From Lysobacterales bacterium (GTDB taxonomy: Bacteria; Pseudomonadota; Gammaproteobacteria; Xanthomonadales; SZUA-5): a stretch of 64,000 bases of DNA. Positions within the stretch are counted from its first letter, which is position 1, and each line of letters opens with the position of its first letter. Where the stretch lies: contig JALHMH010000005.1 in assembly GCA_022844165.1 (NCBI GenBank), positions 64,001 through 128,000 on the forward strand, in the 5' to 3' direction. The notes beneath the pieces are model-generated. The model did not search any database and had not been told where the DNA came from. It saw only the letters and a list, made by a program, of their open reading frames with translations. A program made the position numbers and the translations under genes. Shown in pieces: positions 1 to 9,380 of this stretch.

Positions 1-538
1 CGGCGGTATCGACGACAAATCCATTGTTCTCCAGGAGCTGTCGATAGGCAAATCTGACGCTCTGCGAGTCGTCGACAAACAGAACCTTGAGCGGCGGAGC
101 GGTTGCCGGTCGTTCGACAGCAACAATGGCCACGCCGCCTGGTTCGGCGCGTTCGATTTCTGGTGGCAGCAGTTGTTTGAGCGCTGCCGGAATCCGCCCA
201 AAGTTCGACCACAACAAAAGGAACGCGTTTCGCCGACGGGCCAACCAGTCACTGAGCAGTGGTGTCTTTTCGTGCGTCAGGACCAATACCGCCAGCGATG
301 CCGCCGCGCCTTTGCCCAACGTCTCAAGGATTGCTTCGAATTCAGGCTGCGCGCGTTGCGGAGCGCCAAGGATCAAGACACGGTATTTTGCCTGTCCCGC
401 TTCGACGGCCGCGATAACCTGCGATGCCTCGGCATAGGAAACGAGAACTTTGTCGGCACTCTGCTTTGATGCCGAAAGCGTTCGTTGCAACAGGTGACTC
501 AACGTGGACGAGCTTTCGACGATAACGATACCGGACAT
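1..538 (-). CDS. Response regulator receiver-domain protein (5' part only; runs off the window)
   Basis: Manual translation from ATG at 538: MSGIVIVESSSTLSHLLQRTL...LKVLFVDDSQSVRFAYRQLLENNGFVVDTA. Degenerate receiver-like N-terminus, then a canonical VLFVDD receiver start. No stop before the window edge. Confidence 0.8.
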   Translation of the reverse strand, partial: MSGIVIVESSSTLSHLLQRTLSASKQSADKVLVSYAEASQVIAAVEAGQAKYRVLILGAPQRAQPEFEAILETLGKGAAASLAVLVLTHEKTPLLSDWLARRRNAFLLLWSNFGRIPAALKQLLPPEIERAEPGGVAIVAVERPATAPPLKVLFVDDSQSVRFAYRQLLENNGFVVDTA

Positions 539-832
539 GGAGCAAGACCGATAAAACAAGGGGCCGAAATCTCAACAGGGCGCCGCAGGAAAATCAAGTT
601 ATTTCGCGCACTTGTGACAAAGCGCATGGTTCGAAACGCTCGACAGAAACCTGCCGGAACGGCGTGAAGGCAGCCGCTGCTTGGTAAAAGTTTCGCCTCA
701 TCGCTCCAGCTCCCCCGCTTCGTCAAGGACGCCAGGCGGTCGGAGGCAGGGCCCCGCCGGTTGGTCGCAATATCGAACTCGCGCAACGTCCGCTCGTGTA
801 GCCTTGGCGGCAACTTACGCCCGGACACCCAA

Positions 833-1720
833 GTGCAATCGGTACTGTTGCTGCCGTTGAGTACGACCATTCTATGTGTCAGCACGCTGATCCATGTGCT
901 GCCCTTGTTTGCCCTCGCGCTGATGAAGCTGGCGATCCCAATTGATCGTGTGCGGGGCCGTCTTGGTACTGCGCTGATTTCAATCGCCGAGAACTGGATC
1001 GCCGTCAACAGCAGGCTTATCGACTGGCTGGCACCGGGCAATTGGCAAGTCATCGGCGGCGAGAAACTGCGCTACCAGGGTTGGTATCTTGTTGCCTGCA
1101 ACCATCAAAGCTGGGTGGATATTCCGGTTCTGCAAAAAGTGTTCAACCGGCGCATCCCGTTCCTGAAGTTTTTCCTCAAACAGCAGTTGATCTGGGTACC
1201 GGTCCTGGGACTGGCGTGGTGGGCCCTCGATTTTCCGTTCATGCGCCGCTACAGTCGGGCAGACATCGCACGCGATCCAGGCAAACGTGGCAAAGACCGC
1301 GAAGTCACCAAGCGCGCGTGCGCCAGGTTCGCAACTTTGCCGGTATCGGTGATGAACTTTGTTGAAGGCACTCGACGGACCGACGCCAAACATACAGCGC
1401 AATCGCCCGAATTCCGCCATCTGCTCAAGCCAAAAGCTGGGGGCACCGCATTCGTGATCGACGCTATGGGCGACATGCTGCAATCGCTGGTCGATGTGAC
1501 GATTGTTTATCCCGACGGAACGCCAAGCATGCTGTCGTTACTGAGCGGCAAAATGCGCCGCGTCATCGTCCACATCCGTGAGCGCGAGATACCGCCAGAT
1601 CTGAAATCCGGAGATTATGAGCAGGACGAACAGTTCCGGCGCCGCTTTCAGCAGTGGATCAACCAGATCTGGGTCGAAAAAGACGCCTTGATCGAGCGGT
1701 TGCAATCCAGTGCAGTGTGA
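833..1720 (+). CDS. YihG-family acyltransferase (PlsC superfamily)
   Basis: NHQSWVDI (HX4D), FFLK..L.WVP.LG, FPFMRR and FVEGTR motifs. Start uncertain (GTG 833; ORF is open from 761). Confidence 0.88.
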   Translation: MQSVLLLPLSTTILCVSTLIHVLPLFALALMKLAIPIDRVRGRLGTALISIAENWIAVNSRLIDWLAPGNWQVIGGEKLRYQGWYLVACNHQSWVDIPVLQKVFNRRIPFLKFFLKQQLIWVPVLGLAWWALDFPFMRRYSRADIARDPGKRGKDREVTKRACARFATLPVSVMNFVEGTRRTDAKHTAQSPEFRHLLKPKAGGTAFVIDAMGDMLQSLVDVTIVYPDGTPSMLSLLSGKMRRVIVHIREREIPPDLKSGDYEQDEQFRRRFQQWINQIWVEKDALIERLQSSAV

Positions 1721-2813
1721 AGACTATAAGGCTGGTCGTTGCGCCTCTTGTACCGAGATCGCACGATCGTACGATGAGCAGCTGAAGCAAAAGTGCCAGT
1801 CTGCATTGGCACTGCTGCCGCAAATCGAGTCCTGGCATGCTCCAGAGCGATCGCCAGAGTCGGCGTTCCGCAACAAGGCGAAAATGGCAGTGGGCGGGGG
1901 TATCGCGGAACCAACACTGGGGCTCGCCTTGCCGGGCCGCAATCCCGTAGACCTTCGCGCCTGTCCACTTTACCCTGCATCCATGGCAACCAGCCTGGCC
2001 CTCGCAGCAGAATGGCTGGCTGCGGCGCAGATCGCACCTTACGACGTGAGCACGCGCCGCGGCGAAGCCAAGTTTGTTCTGCTGACCGAAGCACCGGGGA
2101 CGGGTGAACAAATGCTGCGGTTCGTCCTGCGATCCCGCGAAGGTTTGAGTCGCCTGCAAATCCGATTGGCGGAATTTCTTCGCCGCGCGCCTGCCCTGAG
2201 TGTCGTCACCGCCAATCTACTGCCCGAACACCGAGCCTCGACCGAAGGCCCCGATGAAATCCTGCTCACCGACACCTCGGCCATTCGCTGCGTCATCAAC
2301 GGACACACTTTCTGGCTCCCCCCGCAAGCCTTCTTGCAAACCAACTCAACGGTAGCCGCTGCGCTGTACCGCACAGCCTGCGACTGGCTGGCGCACCATT
2401 CCGGCGTTGTGTGGGATTTGTATTGCGGCATCGGCGTATTCGCCAACCACCTCGTGCGTGCCGATCGCGAAATTGTCGCGATCGAGTCGAGTCACGCGGC
2501 AGTGAACGCCGGACGTCGCCTGCTGACCTCTGTGCGCTATGTTGCCGACGACGCCACACAGTTTGCATTGAGCAACGACCCGCCCGATGTGGCCGTCGTC
2601 AATCCGCCTCGCGCCGGCCTTTCGCAGGCGCTGTGCCGATGGCTCGACTGCAACGGCCCACAGGCACTGCTCTACTCGAGTTGCAATCCGGAAACACTCG
2701 GCCGCGATTTGAACTTTTTGCAGAAATATTGCGCGAAGGATGCGAAGCTATTCGATATGTTTCCGCATACCAGACACGCTGAGATTTTGGTGCGGCTCGA
2801 AAGAGCTGCCTGA
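1710..2813 (+). CDS. rlmC: 23S rRNA (uracil-747-C5)-methyltransferase
   Basis: N-terminal MQC...CASC Fe-S motif, FRNKAKM, DLYCGIG SAM motif, VNPPRAG, YSSCNP, DMFPHT.H.E. Confidence 0.88.
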   Translation: MQCEDYKAGRCASCTEIARSYDEQLKQKCQSALALLPQIESWHAPERSPESAFRNKAKMAVGGGIAEPTLGLALPGRNPVDLRACPLYPASMATSLALAAEWLAAAQIAPYDVSTRRGEAKFVLLTEAPGTGEQMLRFVLRSREGLSRLQIRLAEFLRRAPALSVVTANLLPEHRASTEGPDEILLTDTSAIRCVINGHTFWLPPQAFLQTNSTVAAALYRTACDWLAHHSGVVWDLYCGIGVFANHLVRADREIVAIESSHAAVNAGRRLLTSVRYVADDATQFALSNDPPDVAVVNPPRAGLSQALCRWLDCNGPQALLYSSCNPETLGRDLNFLQKYCAKDAKLFDMFPHTRHAEILVRLERAA

Positions 2814-2884
2814 GTATGGATCGACCAACAGTCAGAGCCTGCGAACACGCCTGATGACGTCAAGTGAGACTTGGATTGGAACCT

Positions 2885-4306
2885 ATGCAACCACTGCCAA
2901 TTCGAAACCCGCGAACTGGCGTCATCGAAGGTACTTTTGCTGCCACCGATCCCAACGAGGTGGCGCGACGGGCTGACGCCCTGCGCCTGGCTCAACCGGG
3001 CTTCGCCGCGTTGTCAATCGAAGAACGAAGCGCGCTGCTCGTCGAATGGGCAAAGAACTTGCGCCTGCTGCAAACGACGCTGTTGGCCGCTCTGGTCGCC
3101 GATACGGGGCGCCATCGTATCGAAGAAATCGAATTGCAGGCAGCGATCGCCGGAATTGAACGTTGGGCTCGATTCGGCCCCGGTCTGCTCGATGTCCGCG
3201 AAGGTCGCTCGGCGGCTGTGCCTTCGGTTCGTTATCGCACTCAGCGCATCTCATATGCGCTCACTGGTGTCATCAGTCCCTGGAACTTCCCGCTACTGCT
3301 TTCATTGATCGATACCGTGCCGGCACTGCTGGCGGGTTCGGCGGTACTCATCAAGCCGAGCGAAGTCACGCCTAGATTTGTCGAACCTCTGCTCGCCAGC
3401 ATCCGCAATGTTCCCGTATTGAGCGATGTCCTGGATGTGATTCTCGGCGGTGGCGCGACCGGCGCTGCCTTGGTGGATGTTGCCGATATCGTCTGTTTTA
3501 CCGGCAGCGTTGCGACAGGTCGGAAAGTGGCGCGCGCCGCGGCCGAGCGGCTCATTCCAGTTTTTTTGGAACTGGGCGGCAAAGATCCGTTAATCGTGCT
3601 GCCTGGCAGCGATCTGGATCGCGCCAGCGACGCCGCGCTGCGCGCCTCAATTCAAGCAACAGGGCAAGCGTGCCAATCGATCGAACGGGTCTACGTGCAT
3701 GAGTGCCAGCATGACGAATTCGTCGATCGACTGGTCGCCAAGGCCCAGGCTATGGAGCTCAACACCCCGCAACTCCGACATGGCCATATAGGCCCACTGA
3801 TTTTCGACCGCCAGGCGGATGTCATTGCCGCACAACTGGAAGATGCCATCAAGAAAGGCGCGAAAATCGCCTGCGGTGGCAATATCGAACACTGGCAAGG
3901 CGGTTGCTGGCTGAAACCCACGGTCCTGACCGAAGTGACCCATGCGATGTCGATCATGCGCGACGAGACCTTTGGACCGGTCATCCCGGTGATGCGCTAT
4001 GGCGACGTTGACGAGGCAGTACGCCTGGCCAATGACAGTGAATTTGGCTTGTCCGCGGCGGTCATTGGCCCGGACGAAGCGCTGTCGCTGGCTGTCGCCG
4101 AACGGCTCGAAGCTGGCGCCGTGAGTGTCAACGACGCCGGACTGACCAGCTTTGTTCACGAAGCGGAAAAACAGTCGTTCAAGCATTCCGGCCTTGGTGG
4201 CTCGCGCATGGGGCCATCTGGCCTTGAGCGCTTTTTCCGGCGCAAGGCGATTCTGATTCAGGAAGGAGCCCCGATCCCAATGAGTCTGTTTGCCGAAAAC
4301 GAATGA
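2885..4306 (+). CDS. Aldehyde dehydrogenase family protein
   Basis: SPWNFP, KPSE, FTGS, ELGGKDP, catalytic Cys in GQACQS, ETFGP. Confidence 0.93.
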   Translation: MQPLPIRNPRTGVIEGTFAATDPNEVARRADALRLAQPGFAALSIEERSALLVEWAKNLRLLQTTLLAALVADTGRHRIEEIELQAAIAGIERWARFGPGLLDVREGRSAAVPSVRYRTQRISYALTGVISPWNFPLLLSLIDTVPALLAGSAVLIKPSEVTPRFVEPLLASIRNVPVLSDVLDVILGGGATGAALVDVADIVCFTGSVATGRKVARAAAERLIPVFLELGGKDPLIVLPGSDLDRASDAALRASIQATGQACQSIERVYVHECQHDEFVDRLVAKAQAMELNTPQLRHGHIGPLIFDRQADVIAAQLEDAIKKGAKIACGGNIEHWQGGCWLKPTVLTEVTHAMSIMRDETFGPVIPVMRYGDVDEAVRLANDSEFGLSAAVIGPDEALSLAVAERLEAGAVSVNDAGLTSFVHEAEKQSFKHSGLGGSRMGPSGLERFFRRKAILIQEGAPIPMSLFAENE

Positions 4307-6879
4307 ACAGCGCGCAGATATCCAAACGCCATGCAATAGACGACCGCGGCCGAGAATTCCTGAATTGGTTGGGGGAGTTGCGCGAACGCGCAAGAAAAAG
4401 CCCATTGGCCGACGAGGACTTCGCCGCTCTCGCAAGTCGCGTGGGCGAATTGCTGCGGCTGATGCGCGCGGCGCTGTCGCGCTACGGCGGTGTTTTTGAC
4501 GCGGCGCCGGACGCCATCACACTGATCGACGCCGACGGCACGCTCATCGACGCAAATCCAGCCGCCTCGGCATTATTTGGATACAGCCGGGATGAGCTGA
4601 AAAAGCTGACCGTTTTCGATTTGAATCCTGACCTGTCGCCGGGATCTTTGCGTGCCGTCTGGGACGAACTCGCGATTGCGAGACCGCATTCCGTGATTGC
4701 GACCAACCGGCACCGCGATGGATCGGAGCTGCCGGTTGAGGTGCACTCTCGGGCATATCTGGAAGACGGCACCAAGCTGGTCGTTGCGATTGCCCGCGAT
4801 CTTCGCGACCGCATCCGCACCCAGGCTGAGCTGGCTGCGAGCGAGGAGCGCTATGGTGCGCTGCTGGAGGCGGTCGACAAAGGTGTACTGATTCACGATG
4901 CCCGTGGTCGAGTGCGCCATTTGAATGCGGCTGCAATGCGAATTCTGGATTTGCAGCCCGCACAAATACTCGGACAAACCCGTTTGTCGGATTGGCAGCT
5001 GTACGACAGCGGCGGAAGACCCATCGAGTGGCAACAAAACCCGGTCGCCGTTTGCCTGCGCGATCGAAAAAGCGTGCTATCGACCATCATCGGGCTTGTG
5101 CATCGCAGCTCAGGCGTTTCCCGATGGCTGCAGATGAGTGTCGTGCCGCAATTTCACGCCGGAGAAGAGTCGCCGTTTCAACTGATCTCTCTGTTCGGCG
5201 ACGTGACTGAGCTCAAACGGGCCAGCGAGTTGTTCGAGAAGGTCCAGATGCTGGCCCGCATCGGCGGCTGGAGCTTCGATGTCGGGCAGCGTTCGTTGTA
5301 CTGGACGGAGGCGCTGTACCGTCTGCTCGGCCGCGATCCAGAGGTGCCTCTGGAGGCGGATGGCCTGGATAGCATGCTGCTCGATTCAGATCGCGAACGC
5401 ATGAAGGCGGCGGTCGCGCGCACATTAGAACAAGGTACCCCTATAGACATCGAAGCCCGGTTAAAACATGCCAGCGGGCGCACAATCTGGGTCCGTATCC
5501 TGGGAAATCCGCTGCGGCGCGATGGCGAGACCTACCAACTGATTGGAACCGTACAAGAAACAACCACCAAGAAAGTCGAAGAGGACCGACTACGTCGCCA
5601 GGCACAGACCGACTCACTCACCGGCTTACTCAATCGCGATACGATCATCGCGCAACTGACCGCTCAACTCGCAACAGACGCGTTGCGACACCCTGCCCTG
5701 TTATACATCGACCTGGATCGTTTCAAGGTCGTGAACGACTTGATTGGCCATAATGGCGGAGATCGCTTGCTGGTATCCGCCGCGCGCCGGATCGCCACAG
5801 CACTTCCAGAGTCAACAGCCCTGGCCCGTTTCGGCGGCGACGAGTTCCTTGCACTATTGACCGACACCCATAACGACGACGCTGTGGAGCGCATCGCCGA
5901 GTCCATCCTCCACGCATTTGCGGCAACTTTTCAGCATGCCGGCGAGGAGTTTGTGATCACGCCCTCGATCGGCATCGCGCGGTATCCGAATGATGGTCTG
6001 AACGCCCAGGCCTTACTGAATCATGCGGATGTCGCGATGTACGAGGCCAAGCGTCGAGGGCGCAACAACTGGCAGCTGTTTTCCCCGGCGCTCGCACTGC
6101 AGTTGAAGGAGAACCTGCTGATCGAAACGCAATTGCGGCGCGCGATTGAAAACGAGGAACTTTACCTGCAGTACCAGCCCAAAATCGACCTTACGACGGG
6201 AAATGTCGTTGGCGCCGAAGCACTTCTCCGCTGGCGATCGCGCATGTTGGGCGAACTGGCTCCGGACACTTTCATACCCATTGCTGAAACCAGCGGAGAT
6301 ATCGTCCGCATCGGCGCATTCGTACTCCAGGCAGCCTGCCGCCAACTGCGCGACTGGTGGAGCATGGGGCTGAAAGTCGACCATGTCGCAGTGAACGTCT
6401 CGTTCCGCCAGTTTCTGGCCGAAAACTTCGAACGCAGCGTTCGCGATGCGCTGACGCAGGCGCAATTGCCCGCGCACGCGCTGGAGCTGGAAATGACCGA
6501 ACGCGCATTGATCGAGGATGCGCCAGCAACCGAACGCACACTTGCGGCCCTGAAGTCGCTGGGCGTGGCGATCAGCATTGATGACTTTGGCGAGGGCTAT
6601 TCCGCGCTGGGTTATTTGCGGCGCCTGCCGATCGCCGGCATCAAGATCAGCCATCATTTCATGCAGGGCGTGCCGGCAAATGCCACCGACGCACGGCTCT
6701 GCGAAGTGATCATTCAGATGGCCAATGCCCTGGATCTGACGGTCGTCGCAGAAGGCGTGGAAACGATCGAACAGCGAGACTTTTTGCTGGTCCACGGCGC
6801 CAAGGTCGCGCAAGGCTACTTCTTTGCCAGGCCAATGGCCCCCGCGGACTTTGAACGCTTCGCCCGCGACCGGCTGTAG
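4303..6879 (+). CDS. Multi-PAS diguanylate cyclase/phosphodiesterase (PAS x3-GGDEF-EAL)
   Basis: Three PAS/PAC-like segments, DSLTGLLNR, DLDRFK.VND, intact GGDEF, EAL and DDFGEGYS. Confidence 0.93.
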   Translation: MNSAQISKRHAIDDRGREFLNWLGELRERARKSPLADEDFAALASRVGELLRLMRAALSRYGGVFDAAPDAITLIDADGTLIDANPAASALFGYSRDELKKLTVFDLNPDLSPGSLRAVWDELAIARPHSVIATNRHRDGSELPVEVHSRAYLEDGTKLVVAIARDLRDRIRTQAELAASEERYGALLEAVDKGVLIHDARGRVRHLNAAAMRILDLQPAQILGQTRLSDWQLYDSGGRPIEWQQNPVAVCLRDRKSVLSTIIGLVHRSSGVSRWLQMSVVPQFHAGEESPFQLISLFGDVTELKRASELFEKVQMLARIGGWSFDVGQRSLYWTEALYRLLGRDPEVPLEADGLDSMLLDSDRERMKAAVARTLEQGTPIDIEARLKHASGRTIWVRILGNPLRRDGETYQLIGTVQETTTKKVEEDRLRRQAQTDSLTGLLNRDTIIAQLTAQLATDALRHPALLYIDLDRFKVVNDLIGHNGGDRLLVSAARRIATALPESTALARFGGDEFLALLTDTHNDDAVERIAESILHAFAATFQHAGEEFVITPSIGIARYPNDGLNAQALLNHADVAMYEAKRRGRNNWQLFSPALALQLKENLLIETQLRRAIENEELYLQYQPKIDLTTGNVVGAEALLRWRSRMLGELAPDTFIPIAETSGDIVRIGAFVLQAACRQLRDWWSMGLKVDHVAVNVSFRQFLAENFERSVRDALTQAQLPAHALELEMTERALIEDAPATERTLAALKSLGVAISIDDFGEGYSALGYLRRLPIAGIKISHHFMQGVPANATDARLCEVIIQMANALDLTVVAEGVETIEQRDFLLVHGAKVAQGYFFARPMAPADFERFARDRL

Positions 6880-6882
6880 CGT

Positions 6883-7695
6883 CTATTCGGCCACGACTCG
6901 TCGATCGATATCGAAACGCATACCTGCCGTCAAAATATGCATGCGCACATTGGTAATGCTCACCGCCTCGCCGGGATTGGCTTCCGCAAGCGATGAATGG
7001 CGAACTTCCGCCGGATCGAGCACTAACACCGTACTGTTTCCCACCACTTCAAGTACGTTATCGGGACCGATGAACGCTGCTGTGTCTTCGTCGATACCCA
7101 GGGCCAATGCGAACGGGTTCAGTGCAATCGCGGTCAACAGTCGCCCAATGCGGTCGCGCTGCCGAAAGTGCTGATCGATCATGATTTTGTTCGACAGGCC
7201 CAGGCCCGGCGCCAGGCTCACCATGCCCGCCCGGGGCGTCGCACCCTCTTCGCCGTGCGCGATCATGTGTGCCGGCATAATTGCTGCGCCTGCACTGGTA
7301 CCGGCGATGGGCATGCCGTTCGCATTGCGGCGGCGCAAGAGCTTGGCGACCGGCGTTCCACCAATCGTCGTCGACAAGCGCAACTGGTTCCCGCCAGTAA
7401 TGAACACACCGTCGCATTGGCTCAGTACATTGAGCGCCGAATCGTCATCACAATCCTCGCGCCGAGCAAACTGTAAGATCTTGGTATCCGCTGCATCGAA
7501 GCCGCTGAACAAATCTTGGTAGACACGACCAGCGTCATCGCGCCGCGATGCCGTTGGAATAATCGCAATCGACGGTCGCTTGCCGCACAAACGCACGAAA
7601 CGCTTGAGAATTGCCGCGTCGCCGATCTTGTCTTCAGCGCCGCCGATGGGTATCAAAAACCCGCGAGGTTGTGCGGTGGTGGCATGTGCGGGCAA
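6883..7695 (-). CDS. cphB: Cyanophycinase (peptidase S51)
   Basis: IGGAEDK, GGNQLRL, catalytic GTSAG, DQHF..R.R.GRL, GIDEDT. TTG start with GGAG upstream. Confidence 0.88.
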   Translation of the reverse strand: MPAHATTAQPRGFLIPIGGAEDKIGDAAILKRFVRLCGKRPSIAIIPTASRRDDAGRVYQDLFSGFDAADTKILQFARREDCDDDSALNVLSQCDGVFITGGNQLRLSTTIGGTPVAKLLRRRNANGMPIAGTSAGAAIMPAHMIAHGEEGATPRAGMVSLAPGLGLSNKIMIDQHFRQRDRIGRLLTAIALNPFALALGIDEDTAAFIGPDNVLEVVGNSTVLVLDPAEVRHSSLAEANPGEAVSITNVRMHILTAGMRFDIDRRVVAE

Positions 7696-8033
7696 CGGTT
7701 GCTCCGAGCATCAGCTAAGTCAATGGCCGCGGAGTATAGGTTGGGAAGGCGCTTGTGTTTGGATCTCTCGACGGGATTCTTCTGGATCGTCGCCAGATCG
7801 GGAGATTCGGGTCGAAACTCGACGCACGGCACCGTCCAGCACGAATGTTGACCACTCTTTGATCGAGCAGGTGCTATCCACTGCTGACCTGGGCTTGCTG
7901 CCTCGGATGTGGTGGATCCGCTGAAACGACTGCACTGCGCTGCCTGAAAGTTGTCTTCGTCAAGTGCTTTTGGAACCAACAACCGACCTTCAGCGGCTAT
8001 GCTGCCGCCGTTTGTGCTAACTCGGAGTGACCG

Positions 8034-9197
8034 ATGAATCTTGCCTTTACCGAAGAGCAATTGATGATCCAGGACGTTGCGCGCCGCATTGCGATCGAAC
8101 GCATTGCACCGGTGGCCGCCGAATTCGACAGATCTGGCGAATTTCCCTCCGAGACAATCAAAGTTCTCGGTGAAAACGGGTTGATGGGCATTGAGGTTCC
8201 CCATGAATATGGCGGTGCCGGTCTCGATTCCATCGCTTACACATTGGCCATGATTGAAATCGCTGCTGCCGACTGCGCGCACTCAACGATCATGAGCGTC
8301 AACAACACGCTCTATTGCAACGGGCTGCTGAAGTACGGCACGGAAGCGCAAAAACACGCCTACGTGACGCCGATCGCGACAGGCCAGGCGATCGGTGCGT
8401 TCGCGCTCACTGAGCCCCAGTCCGGCTCCGACGCATCAGCGATGAAAATTCGCGCAGTTGCTTCCGCCGATGGCAGCTACTACACGGTGAATGGGAAGAA
8501 GTCGTGGATCACCAGCGGCCCGGTGGCCAGATACATCATGCTGTTTGCGATGACCGATCCGAGCAAGGGATCGCGCGGCATCACCGCATTCATCATCGAT
8601 ACCGAACGTGAGGGCTTCCATCGCGGCAAAAGCGAACCCAAACTCGGAATTCGCGCCTCTGCCACGTGCGAAATCGAGTTGACCGACTACCGAATTCCGG
8701 CTGAAGATCGGATCGGCAATGAAGGCGACGGCTTCAAGATATCGATGGGCGTGCTCGACGCCGGTCGCATTGGCATCGCATCGCAAGCGGTCGGTTTGTC
8801 CCGCGCTGCTTACGAGGCTTCTCTTGTGTACTCGCGAGATCGCAAGTCCTTTGGCCAATCGATCGGTTCATTCCAGATGATTCAAGCGAAGATCGCCGAC
8901 ATGAAGTGCCGGCTGGATGCAGCGCATCTGTTGACGCTTCGTGCCGCCTGGGCCAAGCAGCAAGCCGCCGCAACGGGCGCACGCTTTTCGACGGAAGCCT
9001 CTGTCGCCAAGCTGTTTGCATCCGAATCGGCGATGTACATCACGCATCAAGCTGTGCAGATCCATGGCGGGATGGGTTATTCGAAGGAGATGCCGCTGGA
9101 GCGTTACTTCCGCGATGCCAAAATCACCGAGATCTACGAGGGCACCAGCGAAATTCAGCGTTTGGTCATTGCGCGTAACGAAACCGGACTGCGCTGA
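8034..9197 (+). CDS. Acyl-CoA dehydrogenase
   Basis: FALTEPQSGSDA, GKKSWIT, KLGIRAS, GRIGIA, QIHGGMGY, IYEGTSEIQR. Confidence 0.95.
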   Translation: MNLAFTEEQLMIQDVARRIAIERIAPVAAEFDRSGEFPSETIKVLGENGLMGIEVPHEYGGAGLDSIAYTLAMIEIAAADCAHSTIMSVNNTLYCNGLLKYGTEAQKHAYVTPIATGQAIGAFALTEPQSGSDASAMKIRAVASADGSYYTVNGKKSWITSGPVARYIMLFAMTDPSKGSRGITAFIIDTEREGFHRGKSEPKLGIRASATCEIELTDYRIPAEDRIGNEGDGFKISMGVLDAGRIGIASQAVGLSRAAYEASLVYSRDRKSFGQSIGSFQMIQAKIADMKCRLDAAHLLTLRAAWAKQQAAATGARFSTEASVAKLFASESAMYITHQAVQIHGGMGYSKEMPLERYFRDAKITEIYEGTSEIQRLVIARNETGLR

Positions 9198-9335
9198 TCT
9201 CGGCACCAGGCGCGAACCATGGATGGTTCGCACATGGGTCGAGCACGTAAGTGCTTGATCCATGGAGAGCGAGTCCGGACATGTGCCGGACTCGCGATTT
9301 GAGAAACGCACATGGCTCTGTATCAAGCAAAAGTG

Positions 9336-9368
9336 TCAGGACGAGACCGCATTGAGGTCTCGTCCTGA
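9336..9368. terminator. 13-bp perfect hairpin between convergent genes, probable bidirectional terminator
   Basis: TCAGGACGAGACC-gcattga-GGTCTCGTCCTGA; only a short T-run on the minus strand. Confidence 0.5.
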
Positions 9369-9380
9369 GGGCCGCTGCAT

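Noticed and set aside
613-628. TGTGA-caaagc-GCATG as a possible Clp/CRP site
   Set aside because: Only one good half-site and no clear promoter geometry
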